NCBI GenBank assembly: GCA_963654295.1
Contig: CAVJZZ010000005.1
Span: forward strand, 6,890 to 70,889
Reading direction: 5' to 3'
Source of the DNA: Lachnospiraceae bacterium
GTDB lineage: Bacteria; Bacteroidota; Bacteroidia; Bacteroidales; Bacteroidaceae
DNA length: 64,000 nt
The notes under the pieces are model-generated. The model saw only the letters and a list, made by a program, of their open reading frames with translations. It did not search any database and had not been told where the DNA came from. Each line of letters begins with the position of its first letter. Position 1 is the stretch's first letter. Position numbers and translations under genes: made by a program. Below, in pieces: positions 48,302-58,207 of the stretch.

Positions 48302-51300
48302 TCAATGTTTCTCTACCTTGATGCGGAGGTTGAAGTCATCGAACTCTGTTTCCACTCCATCATTGTCTGCCACAGTGATGGAGTCGGCAAGTACTTGGCT
48401 CTTGATATAGTCGCCGTAGGCTGCAATCGCCTTGTCGGTTTCTTCCTTCGGGGAAACGGTCACTACGATGCGGTCAGTGATTTCGAGCCCTGTCTCCTTG
48501 CGCAGGTTCTGGATGCGGTTGATGAGTTCACGTGCCATACCTTCGTTGCGGAGCTCATCGGTCAGTTGCACCTCAAGTGCCACGGTGAGGTTACCCTCAT
48601 TGGCAACGAGCCAGCCGGGGATATCCTCACTGATGATTTCCACGTCGGCTGCCTCAACAGTCACTTCGTTGCCGTCGACGGTGAGAGTCATCGAGCCGTT
48701 CTTTTCGAGGGCTGCGATTTCTTCCTGGCTGAGGGCACCCATGTCTGCGGCTATGCCCTTCATCAGCTTGCCGAACTTCTTGCCCATGGTGCGGAAGTTG
48801 CACTTCACCTTCTTCACGAGGATTCCTGCGCCTTCTACAAATTTGAGTTCCTTCACGTTCACCTCGTTCATAATCAGGTCTTTTACGGCTTCCACGTGGC
48901 GCTTCTGTGTCTCGTCAACAGCCGGAATCATGATGCACTGCAGCGGCTGGCGCACCTTGATGTTCACTTTACGGCGCAGAGCAAGCACCATTGAGGTAAT
49001 CTTCTGTGCCATGCCCATGCGGGCTTCAAGGTCCTTATCAATATACTGAGACTCTGACTCGGGGAACTTGGCAAGATGCACGGAGCAGACTTGGTCGCGA
49101 CCGGTGGCAGATATCAAGTCCATGTAAAGTTGGTCTGCATAGAACGGTGCGAACGGTGCCAAAAGCTTAGCGACGGTTTCCAGACAAGTATAGAGGGTCT
49201 GGTAGGCAGACAACTTGTCGGCACTCATCTCCTTACCCCAGAAACGTTTGCGGTTCAAGCGCACATACCAGTTGCTCAAGTCGTCGTTAACGAACGCATC
49301 AATCAGTCGTCCTGCACGAGTCGGGTCGAAGTTGTCAAGTTCTTTCTGCACGCCTTCCACCAGAGTATGGAGCACAGAGAGTATCCAACGGTCAATCTCG
49401 GGACGTTCTGCCAGCGGCACATCCGGTTCTGAATAGTTGAATCCGTCTACGTTGGCATAGAGACTGAAGAACGAATAGGTGTTATAGAGTGTGCCAAAGA
49501 ACTTGCGGCGCACCTCGTCAACACCTTGCGGGTCGAACTTCAGGTTGTCCCAAGGTTCAGAATTGGTCATCATATAGAAGCGCACGGGGTCGGCACCATA
49601 CTTGCCAATCATCTCGAATGGGTCGGTCACATTGCCCACATGCTTGCTCATCTTGTTGCCCTTGGCATCAAGCACGAGTCCCGATGAGATGACGTTCTTG
49701 AATGCCACAGAGTCAAACACCATCGTAGCAATGGCGTGGAGCGTGAAGAACCATCCACGTGTCTGGTCGACACCCTCGTTGATAAAATCGGCGGGATAGA
49801 ACTTAGGCGGAATCGCATAGCCCTCATAGGTGCTGTTCACCAATGCCTTGCGGTCATCCTCGGTGCCGCGCGCCATCTCTCCCTCGAATGGATAATGAAG
49901 CTGGGCATATGGCATGGAGCCTGAGTCGAACCAAACGTCAATGAGGTCGCTTTCGCGATACATAGGTTTGCCTTCTGCGTTGACAAGCACGATGTCGTCC
50001 ATATAGGGACGGTGCAAGTCTATCTTGTCGTAGTTCTCCTGCGAATAGTCACCAGGAATAAAGCCGTTGTCCTTCAGTGGATTGGATGCCATTACACCGG
50101 CAGCCACACTTTTCTCTATTTCAGAATAGAGTTCTTCAAGACTTCCGATACACTTCTCGCCACGGTTCTCATCGCGCCAAATAGGCAATGGTGTACCCCA
50201 AAAGCGTGAGCGCGAGAGGTTCCAGTCGTTCAGGTTCTCCAGCCAGTTGCCGAAGCGTCCTGTACCGGTAGACTCTGGTTGCCAGTTAATGGTCTTGTTC
50301 AATTCCACCATGCGTTCCTTGCGTGCGGTGTCTTTGATAAACCAGCTGTCGAGCGGATAGTAGAGAATTGGCTTGTCCGTGCGCCAGCAATGGGGATAGT
50401 TGTGCACGTGCTTCTCGGTCTTGAACGCGAGCCCTTGCTGCTTGAGTTCCATGCAAAGCACTACGTTGAGGTCTTCAGCCTTCTCCGAAGCCGCTTTATC
50501 CCACACGCCATTCTCATTGTATTTCGGATCATATGCGTTCTTCACATAGTCGCCAGCGTGGTGGTCGTATGCCTCTTTATCTACGCAGTGGGCGATAAAG
50601 TTATCATCAAGGTCGGCGAGCACATAGAACTTGCCCTGCAAGTCGACCATCGGACGGGTCTCGCCTTTCTTGCTGATCAAATAGAGAGCGGGGATATTGG
50701 CGTCTTTTGCCACCTTGGCGTCGTCAGCACCAAAGGTAGGGGCGATATGTACGATACCCGTACCGTCGTCGATGGTCACATAATCACCGAGAATCACACG
50801 GAATGCTTCGCTTTCCATCTCCACGAACTGGTCGCGTCCGTCTGCGTTGGCGAACACCTTTTCGGGATGGGCAGCGGCATAGTTGTTCACAAATTGCGGA
50901 GCGAAGGTTCCTGTCTTCTCACAAGGCTTCACCCAAGGCATGAGTTGCTGATAGTGGTAGCCTTCGAGGTCGGTACCCTTCATGCGGTCTACGATGCGCC
51001 AAGGACACTGTTTCTTATCCTTGTCGAAGGGGAGCAAGTCGCCCTCTTTGCACTCCTGGTCAGCCTTGAGATAGGATGTAACCAAAGCTTCCGCCATCAC
51101 AAGGGTCATCGGCTCGCCTGTATAGAGATTATAGGTCTCTACTGCTACATAGTCGATCTTGGGTCCCACACAGAGAGCCACATTTGAAGGCAATGTCCAG
51201 GGTGTGGTAGTCCAGGCGATGAAATAGGGTTTGCCCCAACGAGTCCATTCTTTCTTCGGGTCTTTGATGAGGAACTGCACGGTGGCAGTGAGATCCTTGA

Positions 51301-51928
51301 CATCGCGGTAGCAACCCGGCTGATTCAACTCGTGCGAGCTAAGACCAGTACCGGCACCTGGTGAATAAGGCTGGATTGTATAGCCCTTATAGAGAAGTCC
51401 CTTGTTATAAAGTTGCTTCAGGAGCCACCAAAGGGTTTCAATATATTTGTTGTCGTAGGTGATATAGGGATGGTCGAGGTCTACGAAGTAACCCATCTTC
51501 TCGGTCAGCTCGCGCCATTCTGCCGTAAACTTCATCACATTCTCGCGGCATTTGTGGTTGTAGTCTTCCGTAGAGATATATTTCTCCGAATCCTTATTGT
51601 CAATGTCTTTCTTTGTAATGCCCAGTTCTTTCTCCACACCAAGTTCCACAGGCAGTCCGTGAGTATCCCAGCCAGCCTTGCGGTGCACCTGATAGCCCTT
51701 CATGGTTTTGTAGCGGTTGAAGGTATCCTTGATGCTTCGCGCCAACACGTGGTGGATGCCCGGATGTCCGTTGGCTGAAGGCGGTCCCTCAAAGAATATG
51801 AACTGCGGGCAACCTTCGCGCTCGTCAATGGACTTATGGAAGACATCGTTTTTCTCCCAACTTGCTAATACATCATTGTTAGTTGCGGTCAAGTCAAGAC
51901 CTTTGTGCTCGGCAAATTTCTTAGCCAT
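48302..51928 (-). CDS. ileS: Isoleucyl-tRNA synthetase (type 2)
   Basis: EGPPSANG, GWDTHGLPVE, WTTTPWTLP, DQTRGWF, KMSKH; ATG at 51928. Confidence 0.97.
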   Translation of the reverse strand: MAKKFAEHKGLDLTATNNDVLASWEKNDVFHKSIDEREGCPQFIFFEGPPSANGHPGIHHVLARSIKDTFNRYKTMKGYQVHRKAGWDTHGLPVELGVEKELGITKKDIDNKDSEKYISTEDYNHKCRENVMKFTAEWRELTEKMGYFVDLDHPYITYDNKYIETLWWLLKQLYNKGLLYKGYTIQPYSPGAGTGLSSHELNQPGCYRDVKDLTATVQFLIKDPKKEWTRWGKPYFIAWTTTPWTLPSNVALCVGPKIDYVAVETYNLYTGEPMTLVMAEALVTSYLKADQECKEGDLLPFDKDKKQCPWRIVDRMKGTDLEGYHYQQLMPWVKPCEKTGTFAPQFVNNYAAAHPEKVFANADGRDQFVEMESEAFRVILGDYVTIDDGTGIVHIAPTFGADDAKVAKDANIPALYLISKKGETRPMVDLQGKFYVLADLDDNFIAHCVDKEAYDHHAGDYVKNAYDPKYNENGVWDKAASEKAEDLNVVLCMELKQQGLAFKTEKHVHNYPHCWRTDKPILYYPLDSWFIKDTARKERMVELNKTINWQPESTGTGRFGNWLENLNDWNLSRSRFWGTPLPIWRDENRGEKCIGSLEELYSEIEKSVAAGVMASNPLKDNGFIPGDYSQENYDKIDLHRPYMDDIVLVNAEGKPMYRESDLIDVWFDSGSMPYAQLHYPFEGEMARGTEDDRKALVNSTYEGYAIPPKFYPADFINEGVDQTRGWFFTLHAIATMVFDSVAFKNVISSGLVLDAKGNKMSKHVGNVTDPFEMIGKYGADPVRFYMMTNSEPWDNLKFDPQGVDEVRRKFFGTLYNTYSFFSLYANVDGFNYSEPDVPLAERPEIDRWILSVLHTLVEGVQKELDNFDPTRAGRLIDAFVNDDLSNWYVRLNRKRFWGKEMSADKLSAYQTLYTCLETVAKLLAPFAPFYADQLYMDLISATGRDQVCSVHLAKFPESESQYIDKDLEARMGMAQKITSMVLALRRKVNIKVRQPLQCIMIPAVDETQKRHVEAVKDLIMNEVNVKELKFVEGAGILVKKVKCNFRTMGKKFGKLMKGIAADMGALSQEEIAALEKNGSMTLTVDGNEVTVEAADVEIISEDIPGWLVANEGNLTVALEVQLTDELRNEGMARELINRIQNLRKETGLEITDRIVVTVSPKEETDKAIAAYGDYIKSQVLADSITVADNDGVETEFDDFNLRIKVEKH

Positions 51929-52045
51929 AAAGATATAATGTTTAATACGTATTATTTTTATAAGGCGCAAAGTTACATAAAAAAACTAAGGTTGACAAGA
52001 AAGTAACAGAAAAAGATAGGACACACCATCGCGCCTGTCAATACG

Positions 52046-52087
52046 ACAAGAGCCGGCTCATACACGTGGGTGTAAGCCGGCTCTTGT
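52046..52087 (-). terminator. Hairpin after the DUF4293-like gene
   Basis: ACAAGAGCCGGCT/AGCCGGCTCTTGT inverted repeat. Confidence 0.6.
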
Positions 52088-52107
52088 TATATAATATAAA
52101 TAAGGTG

Positions 52108-52563
52108 TCATCTGATTCTGTCCGCTGCCCTGACAAGTTTCTCATCATCGTTGACCCCCTTACGGGCGAGCAACGTGAGCACAAATGCCACGAAGGGCAG
52201 ACAGGCTGCAAACGAGGGATGGAACTTAGAAGCACCGCCCATGGTCAGACCAAACACGACATATACAATATACCATCCTACATAAAGCAGAGCATTAAAC
52301 AGGCAATAGCGTGCCTGCTGCTTGCGGTTGTTGAAGCTGAACACTGCCACCAATGCAATGGGACACGTGATGAGCAGGATGGCAAACAGCGCCCAAACGG
52401 AACAGGTGGTGACGTTGGTCGCCTTGTCCACAATCCAAAGGTTATACATCTCGCTTCCTAACCCCATGCCTTCGGGTAGAAAACGACCCACGGGGAGACA
52501 TAGGCACACCACCGTGAGGACGATAGCGAGGAGCAGATAGACGGTTTGCTTGCGCTGAATCAT
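52108..52563 (-). CDS. DUF4293-like membrane protein
   Basis: MIQRKQTVYLL...DEKLVRAADRIR; four TM helices. Confidence 0.88.
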   Translation of the reverse strand: MIQRKQTVYLLLAIVLTVVCLCLPVGRFLPEGMGLGSEMYNLWIVDKATNVTTCSVWALFAILLITCPIALVAVFSFNNRKQQARYCLFNALLYVGWYIVYVVFGLTMGGASKFHPSFAACLPFVAFVLTLLARKGVNDDEKLVRAADRIR

Positions 52564-52566
52564 CGC

Positions 52567-52905
52567 TTAGTCCTTGTTTTCCTCTGTATTCTCGGCAGGA
52601 TTGTTGTAGTAAACGTCACCGTCGATAAACTCTTGTGTGGCGAGCAATGTAGGTTTCGGGAGCTTCTCGTAGTAGCGGGAGATCTCTATCTGCTCACGAT
52701 TCTCAAACACTTCATCCATGCTGTCGTTATAAGAAGCAAACTCGGCAAGTTTCTTGCTGAGGTCTTGCTTGATTTCCACAGAGATTTGGTTGGCACGCTT
52801 GGAGATGATAGCAACACTTTCATAGATATTGTTTGTGTCGTCACAAAGATCCATAATGTTGCGGGTCACGGTGTTTACCGGTGCTTTTGATTTCTTGTAA
52901 TCCAT
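52567..52905 (-). CDS. rpoZ: RNA polymerase omega subunit (Bacteroidetes type)
   Basis: NIYESVAIISKRANQI, ENREQIEISRYYEKLPKP; follows bamD. Confidence 0.9.
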   Translation of the reverse strand: MDYKKSKAPVNTVTRNIMDLCDDTNNIYESVAIISKRANQISVEIKQDLSKKLAEFASYNDSMDEVFENREQIEISRYYEKLPKPTLLATQEFIDGDVYYNNPAENTEENKD

Positions 52906-52933
52906 TTTATTTATTGCTTATTAATTCCCTTAG

Positions 52934-53758
52934 TTAGTCTTTCGTATATTTCTTGCAGCTCTCGATGAGTTTCTCTGCCACTTTCTTGTTGGGCGAATCA
53001 GGATACTCGTTGATGAATCCATAACATTCGTCTTCCGCATCGCGGTAGCGCTCTACCCTCTTTTCCTCTACACTTTGTGCAGCGAGGTCAAACTTGCTCT
53101 TCATGATAAGCAAGGCAAAGTCTTCCCGAAAGTTAGTATAGGGATAGTCCTTCAAGGCATTCTGAGCGGTGATGATGCACGCTTCATAGTTGCTGCCGCC
53201 GTCGGTACAGTTGCCGAAATAGGAACCGAGGTTATAATAGAGCTTGGCGGAGAGCAGTTCTTTCTTGACCAATTTGTCCTGCAGGTCGAAAAGGTCTTTC
53301 TGCGCAGTGCCCTTCATCGAGGCGTTGGGGAACAAGTCGAGGTATTCCTGAAACGCTGCGATGGCTGCGATGGTGGGCGTCTGGTCGAGACGTGGCTCGG
53401 GCGTACTCATATAGAGGCTCTGTCCAATGTTGTAGAAAGCCTGTTCTGCATAGATGCCGCGAGGATACGACTTGGTATATTTCTTGAAGGTTTCGGCAGC
53501 GCTCTCATAGTCCTTTGCACGGTATTGCGCCATACCAAGCATATAGAGACTCTCCTCAGCCTTATTAGTACCTTTCTGAAGATTTATCAAGTCCTGGAGC
53601 AAGGTAATCGCCCGCTGGTTCTTGCCCAAAGCAAAAGACTCCTTCGCATATTCGTATTTATAGTTGGTGTCTGCGCTCTTGTAGACTTGGTTGAACTCGT
53701 GCGCACAACTTGACAACAAGAAGGCTCCGCACACGGTCGCGAAAATGGTTTTCTTCAT
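52934..53758 (-). CDS. bamD: Outer membrane protein assembly factor BamD
   Basis: Lipobox LSSC, TPR repeats, PRLDQTPT; ATG at 53758. Confidence 0.9.
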   Translation of the reverse strand: MKKTIFATVCGAFLLSSCAHEFNQVYKSADTNYKYEYAKESFALGKNQRAITLLQDLINLQKGTNKAEESLYMLGMAQYRAKDYESAAETFKKYTKSYPRGIYAEQAFYNIGQSLYMSTPEPRLDQTPTIAAIAAFQEYLDLFPNASMKGTAQKDLFDLQDKLVKKELLSAKLYYNLGSYFGNCTDGGSNYEACIITAQNALKDYPYTNFREDFALLIMKSKFDLAAQSVEEKRVERYRDAEDECYGFINEYPDSPNKKVAEKLIESCKKYTKD

Positions 53759-53952
53759 ATATATATGATATTTGAATTGCAAAATTACAAATAAATCCCG
53801 CATCCGCAAAGTGGAGGTATCGTTTTTTTAGAAAAAATCACGTTTAATGGGCTTTATTATCAGCGGCATACGCCGTGAGACCATTTCCAACAGTCTATAG
53901 CGATGTCTCCTAAGCGCCACAAAACGATTTCCTGCCATTGACATGCGACTAG

Positions 53953-53980
53953 TTCGACGCGGGGACGCGTCGACTACTAC
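53953..53980 (-). repeat. Single class A REP-like hairpin
   Basis: Reverse complement reads GTAGTAGTCGACGCGTCCCCGCGTCGAA. Confidence 0.85.
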
Positions 53981-54056
53981 ACTGAGCTTGTTACTAATAC
54001 ATCAGCACTTGACAATTGGTGGCATCTGCAATTGCTGTAAGCTGCACTGGGAGAAA

Positions 54057-56417
54057 TCATAGAGTTTTCTTCGGATACATGGCGTTCCACCAAGTATCGT
54101 CGTCTTGCAGCCACTTGGCAAACCAAGCATAGATGCTATGTTCCCAACGGATACGCTTTGCCTCATCGAGAATCTGATGATCCTGACCTTCGACCTCAAT
54201 GAGCGCAGTGGGACGACCGAGCAACTTGAGCGCCGTGTAAATGGCTACACTCTGAGAGGTAGGCACATTATGGTCTGCCGTGCCGTGGAGGAAGAGGATG
54301 GGCGTATGTATTTTATCAGCATTGTAAAGCGGACTGTGGTCAACATAGAGTTCTCTGTCACTCCATGGATAACTGCCGGCGGCTGCCGTCTCGTTATAGG
54401 AATACCCCCAATAGCCATAGCCCCAGTAGCCCGTGATGTCGCTGATACCAGCATGCGAGACGGCTGCGGCAAAGATGTCGGTCTTGGTCTGTAGATATTG
54501 GGTCATGAAACCGCCATACGATGCACCTATACACCCCACCTTCTTGGCGTTCACCCAACCATGTTCCTCGCAAAAGCGGCGGGTTCCCTCGATGATATCG
54601 TCAGCCGTATAGTCGCCATAAGCGTTCACGTGACGTGCGGAGAATTCCTGTCCGAAGCCCGTGCAACCGCTCGGTTCAAGCACTAGAACTACATATCCCA
54701 ACGCCGCGTAGGCATGTGGTGCATAACGGCTCTCCAAAGTTCGGCTGATAGGCGAACAACCGCCGTAATAGTTGACAATCATCGGGTATTTACACGATGT
54801 GTCAAAGTGTGGCGGCAAATAGTAGCGGGCAGTAATGATGTCGCCACGCGAATTGCAGTAGGTCCAAGGCTTGCAGTCGCCTAACACCACGTCCTTCAGC
54901 GTCTGTGCGCTAAGATCGTCGACGACGACAGAGCGTGTAGTTTTCGTGTCGAGCACATACAGGCGGTCAGAGTTGCTGACGCTCTGTCCCCACCACGCCA
55001 TAACATGAGCGGCAGAAGCCAAGCCAAATCCTTCCACAAGGTCTTCTTTCACAGCTATCCTACTGATTTTCGAGGAGTTGACATCCATCCTATAAAGGCA
55101 TACAGAATCCCTGTGCTCGGCAGTGAAATAGACCAGACCATCGTTTTTAGACCACCGGAATTGATTCACGCTTGGGTTGAAATCACGCGTCAACGGGGTA
55201 ACCTTGTGCGAGGAAGCGTTAACGAGATAGAGTTGATAGTCGAACATGCTGGGTATCTGACCATCCTTTATGTTCTTTCCCACTCCTCCAAAACTCTCTG
55301 GTGAGCCAGACACAAGGATGCTACTTCCATCGGGCGAGAACACCGCATTGCCGACAAAGCCGTCGTCCTTCACGATTTCATCGGCTTTCAGGGTACGCAG
55401 GTCGAGAACATAGACCGAAGTAAGCGTTGTGGGACGTTGTTCGAGTCGGCGGCGGTCCACCCCAATGAGGGCTTTGCGCCCGTCGGCAGACAGGTCGTAG
55501 AGCCACACGTTGCGGTGACCGAAGGTGAGCGGTTGCATGTTGGACGACTTGATATCGTAGAGAGAAAGCGATGTACGGTTGCGCCAACCAGGCTGGCGGT
55601 CGTCTGGATCAATCACCTCAAACACGTCTTTGCGCTCTTCCGGTCCATTCGTGGTGATTGTATATACCAGGAAATCTTCGGTGGGCGACATGACGTAATC
55701 GCCCTCGGGCAGTGTTCCCACCACCACTCTTCTGTCACCTGTAACTGGGTCTACAGCCATGAGCGTGCGCCCTTTCTGACTCTTGCTCTCTTCCAAGTAG
55801 CGGTTTGTTCTTGGCATCCAGCGGATAGGCATGTCTGTTTCGGTGATGATCCTGCCGGTGACACGCTCGGTGAGGCGGTAGCGGACAATACGTTTGCCGT
55901 CTTCATAAGTGGTACGATAGGTCGTGATAAGGTATTTCCCGTCGGGCGAAAGGCTGGCTCCCCCTACCCTCGTGTTATAGAGCACATCGTGAAGGGTGTA
56001 GAGACGCTCTGAATCGGACTGCGTGAGGACGCCCTGTGCATCCGTATGGAGAGAAACCGTAGGCTTCACCAAACCTCCATACTTCACCTCTATACGGTGG
56101 GTCATGGGCAGCAATGTCAACGTGTGAGTACCTTCTCCGGGCGTAAGTGCCCCATCGACATAGAGTTGATAGTGCTGCACGCCCTTCATATTAAGGATTG
56201 CTTGCACATATCGGTTGTTTTCCACTGAGAATTGGGCGGTTGTAAGCGTAGAGTCACCACTGTATTTCTTGCCGTTCACATCGAGGCTGTCTACCATGAA
56301 AGGCGTTTTAAGCGTTTGTGTTCCCGTAATTTTCAGGTCTACAACGATGTCGTCTGCCTGTAATCCGAGATGGGCGGCAAAAAGGGCAGCCCACAAAAGT
56401 GCATTTCTTTTCTTCAT
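54057..56417 (-). CDS. S9 family (prolyl oligopeptidase-like) peptidase, secreted
   Basis: Signal peptide from ATG 56417; YYGG; GASYGG; HGTADHNV; QDH. Confidence 0.9.
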   Translation of the reverse strand: MKKRNALLWAALFAAHLGLQADDIVVDLKITGTQTLKTPFMVDSLDVNGKKYSGDSTLTTAQFSVENNRYVQAILNMKGVQHYQLYVDGALTPGEGTHTLTLLPMTHRIEVKYGGLVKPTVSLHTDAQGVLTQSDSERLYTLHDVLYNTRVGGASLSPDGKYLITTYRTTYEDGKRIVRYRLTERVTGRIITETDMPIRWMPRTNRYLEESKSQKGRTLMAVDPVTGDRRVVVGTLPEGDYVMSPTEDFLVYTITTNGPEERKDVFEVIDPDDRQPGWRNRTSLSLYDIKSSNMQPLTFGHRNVWLYDLSADGRKALIGVDRRRLEQRPTTLTSVYVLDLRTLKADEIVKDDGFVGNAVFSPDGSSILVSGSPESFGGVGKNIKDGQIPSMFDYQLYLVNASSHKVTPLTRDFNPSVNQFRWSKNDGLVYFTAEHRDSVCLYRMDVNSSKISRIAVKEDLVEGFGLASAAHVMAWWGQSVSNSDRLYVLDTKTTRSVVVDDLSAQTLKDVVLGDCKPWTYCNSRGDIITARYYLPPHFDTSCKYPMIVNYYGGCSPISRTLESRYAPHAYAALGYVVLVLEPSGCTGFGQEFSARHVNAYGDYTADDIIEGTRRFCEEHGWVNAKKVGCIGASYGGFMTQYLQTKTDIFAAAVSHAGISDITGYWGYGYWGYSYNETAAAGSYPWSDRELYVDHSPLYNADKIHTPILFLHGTADHNVPTSQSVAIYTALKLLGRPTALIEVEGQDHQILDEAKRIRWEHSIYAWFAKWLQDDDTWWNAMYPKKTL

Positions 56418-56577
56418 AAAGGTATCTGATGTTTTGTTTGGTGCAAAGTTATATATTATAACTGACAACGGAGCATGCGGATACCGTTATTTTATGGGAG
56501 CGAAAAACAAGCGTGGCGGGAAAGGACTGCCGTGCAATCCGTTCCCACCACACTCGATAGGCAATCGTATAGGTGCT

Positions 56578-58161
56578 TTAGAAGCGATAGCCCAGTGAGA
56601 AGATCACTTGGTTGCGCTTGTTGCTCACCTGTGTGGACTGTGCCACATTGCTTATATCTGAGGAAGAGTCACCGTAGTAGTTCATGAACGGATAGAAATC
56701 TCCGTTAGTCTGACTATACTGATAGGCAATATCAAACGACCATCCCTTGTGACTATAGCCCACGCCCGCCGTGATGCGGTTGGTAGACTTCCAGTTGGTG
56801 AAGTCGGTTGACGAGCTATAATAAACGCCCGGCGAGTCGATACTGCCATCCTTGAAGCCGTCTTTATTGTAGAGCGGACTCACATAGTTGTAGCCTAAAC
56901 GCACGGCGAACTCCGGTGTAGCCTTGAACTCTGCTCCGATTTTGACGGTAGACACACCCTTGAGCGAGCTTTCGATATTGCTCTTCATTGCCTGGTCGCG
57001 AGAAGAGGTGTCGATCCAGTCGCCCCAATAGTCGGTATAGCCGCCATCGTTGATACGTGCATCACACGTGCCGTAGTCAGAATACTCATAGGTGGCACCG
57101 AGAGCGAGGTAGTTGCCCACCGTATAACCAAGGCTGGCGCCAAATTTCCATGGCGTATAGAACTTGAAGTCATAGCTTTCATAGCTCTTGCCGTTGTCGT
57201 ATTCACCCACGGAAGAATTGTTGGTCATAGTCGTATAGTTGCTCGTGGTGAGGTCGTACCAAACAGGGGTGTTGACATAGAGACCTACACGAAGCGGCGA
57301 TGACTCGACAGGACGGAAGATGACACCTGCTTTCACATCGAATCCCGTACCGGTAATCTGGCGGCTATCATCGATACCCACAGTACCGATTTCCTTATTG
57401 GCGTCATCCACCAACATCTCGGAGTAGGCTGAAGTGCCCTTGTAGTGTACGTCGTGAATACCGAAAGTGAGTCCCCAATAGAAGCGGTCATTGCTGTTGC
57501 CACTGATATTGAAGTCGTATTCTCCGATATAGCCCTTGTTGGCACGACCAAACTGGTAGGCATTGGCATCATTATAATAGAAGTTTTCACTGCCGTCAGC
57601 AGACTGTCCACTGTGGAGTAACGTATTATAATAAAGGTAGTCCACCTGACTGAAAGCATCACTGTTGCCCACAAACTCACCATTGCTGTTAGTACCAATA
57701 TCGAACAGTCCCTTGGCGCCCTTGATATAGCTCAACTTGTTCTGAGATGCACCGTTCAGCCGTCCGGCAGCCGTAAGTATCTGGTCGAAGTTCTTGCTCT
57801 TGTGATAGTTGAAACTCATGTTGAGGAAGTTGCGTGCTCCGGTACGCATGGCATAGACGAAGCCCACCTGGTCGAAGCTGGCGTTGGTCACGTTGCCGTC
57901 CTTGAACGACTTCACCTCACCCTGACTGACAAGGCCGAACGAACCGCCTACATAACTCTTGCGGAACAAGCCGATACCGGCAGGATTGCTGCTGATGGTG
58001 GAAATGTCGGCACCGAGGGCTTCCATCGCACCACCCATGCCCACGTAACGTGCCGTCCCATTCAGGTCCTGCTGCGCAATCGGAGCATTGTCGTAAGTCT
58101 CTTGAGCGGCTGCAGGCCATGCCATGACGGCCAAGGCAGCCATTATCGTATATTTCTTCAT
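56578..58161 (-). CDS. FadL/OmpP1-like outer-membrane beta-barrel
   Basis: GTARYVGMGGA and NPAG hatch motif; C-terminal LGYRF; start at 58161 or 58167. Confidence 0.85.
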   Translation of the reverse strand: MKKYTIMAALAVMAWPAAAQETYDNAPIAQQDLNGTARYVGMGGAMEALGADISTISSNPAGIGLFRKSYVGGSFGLVSQGEVKSFKDGNVTNASFDQVGFVYAMRTGARNFLNMSFNYHKSKNFDQILTAAGRLNGASQNKLSYIKGAKGLFDIGTNSNGEFVGNSDAFSQVDYLYYNTLLHSGQSADGSENFYYNDANAYQFGRANKGYIGEYDFNISGNSNDRFYWGLTFGIHDVHYKGTSAYSEMLVDDANKEIGTVGIDDSRQITGTGFDVKAGVIFRPVESSPLRVGLYVNTPVWYDLTTSNYTTMTNNSSVGEYDNGKSYESYDFKFYTPWKFGASLGYTVGNYLALGATYEYSDYGTCDARINDGGYTDYWGDWIDTSSRDQAMKSNIESSLKGVSTVKIGAEFKATPEFAVRLGYNYVSPLYNKDGFKDGSIDSPGVYYSSSTDFTNWKSTNRITAGVGYSHKGWSFDIAYQYSQTNGDFYPFMNYYGDSSSDISNVAQSTQVSNKRNQVIFSLGYRF

Positions 58162-58207
58162 TATCATTTATTTTATATTCTTTATCGTTATAATGTTTCC
58201 ATGGGGC

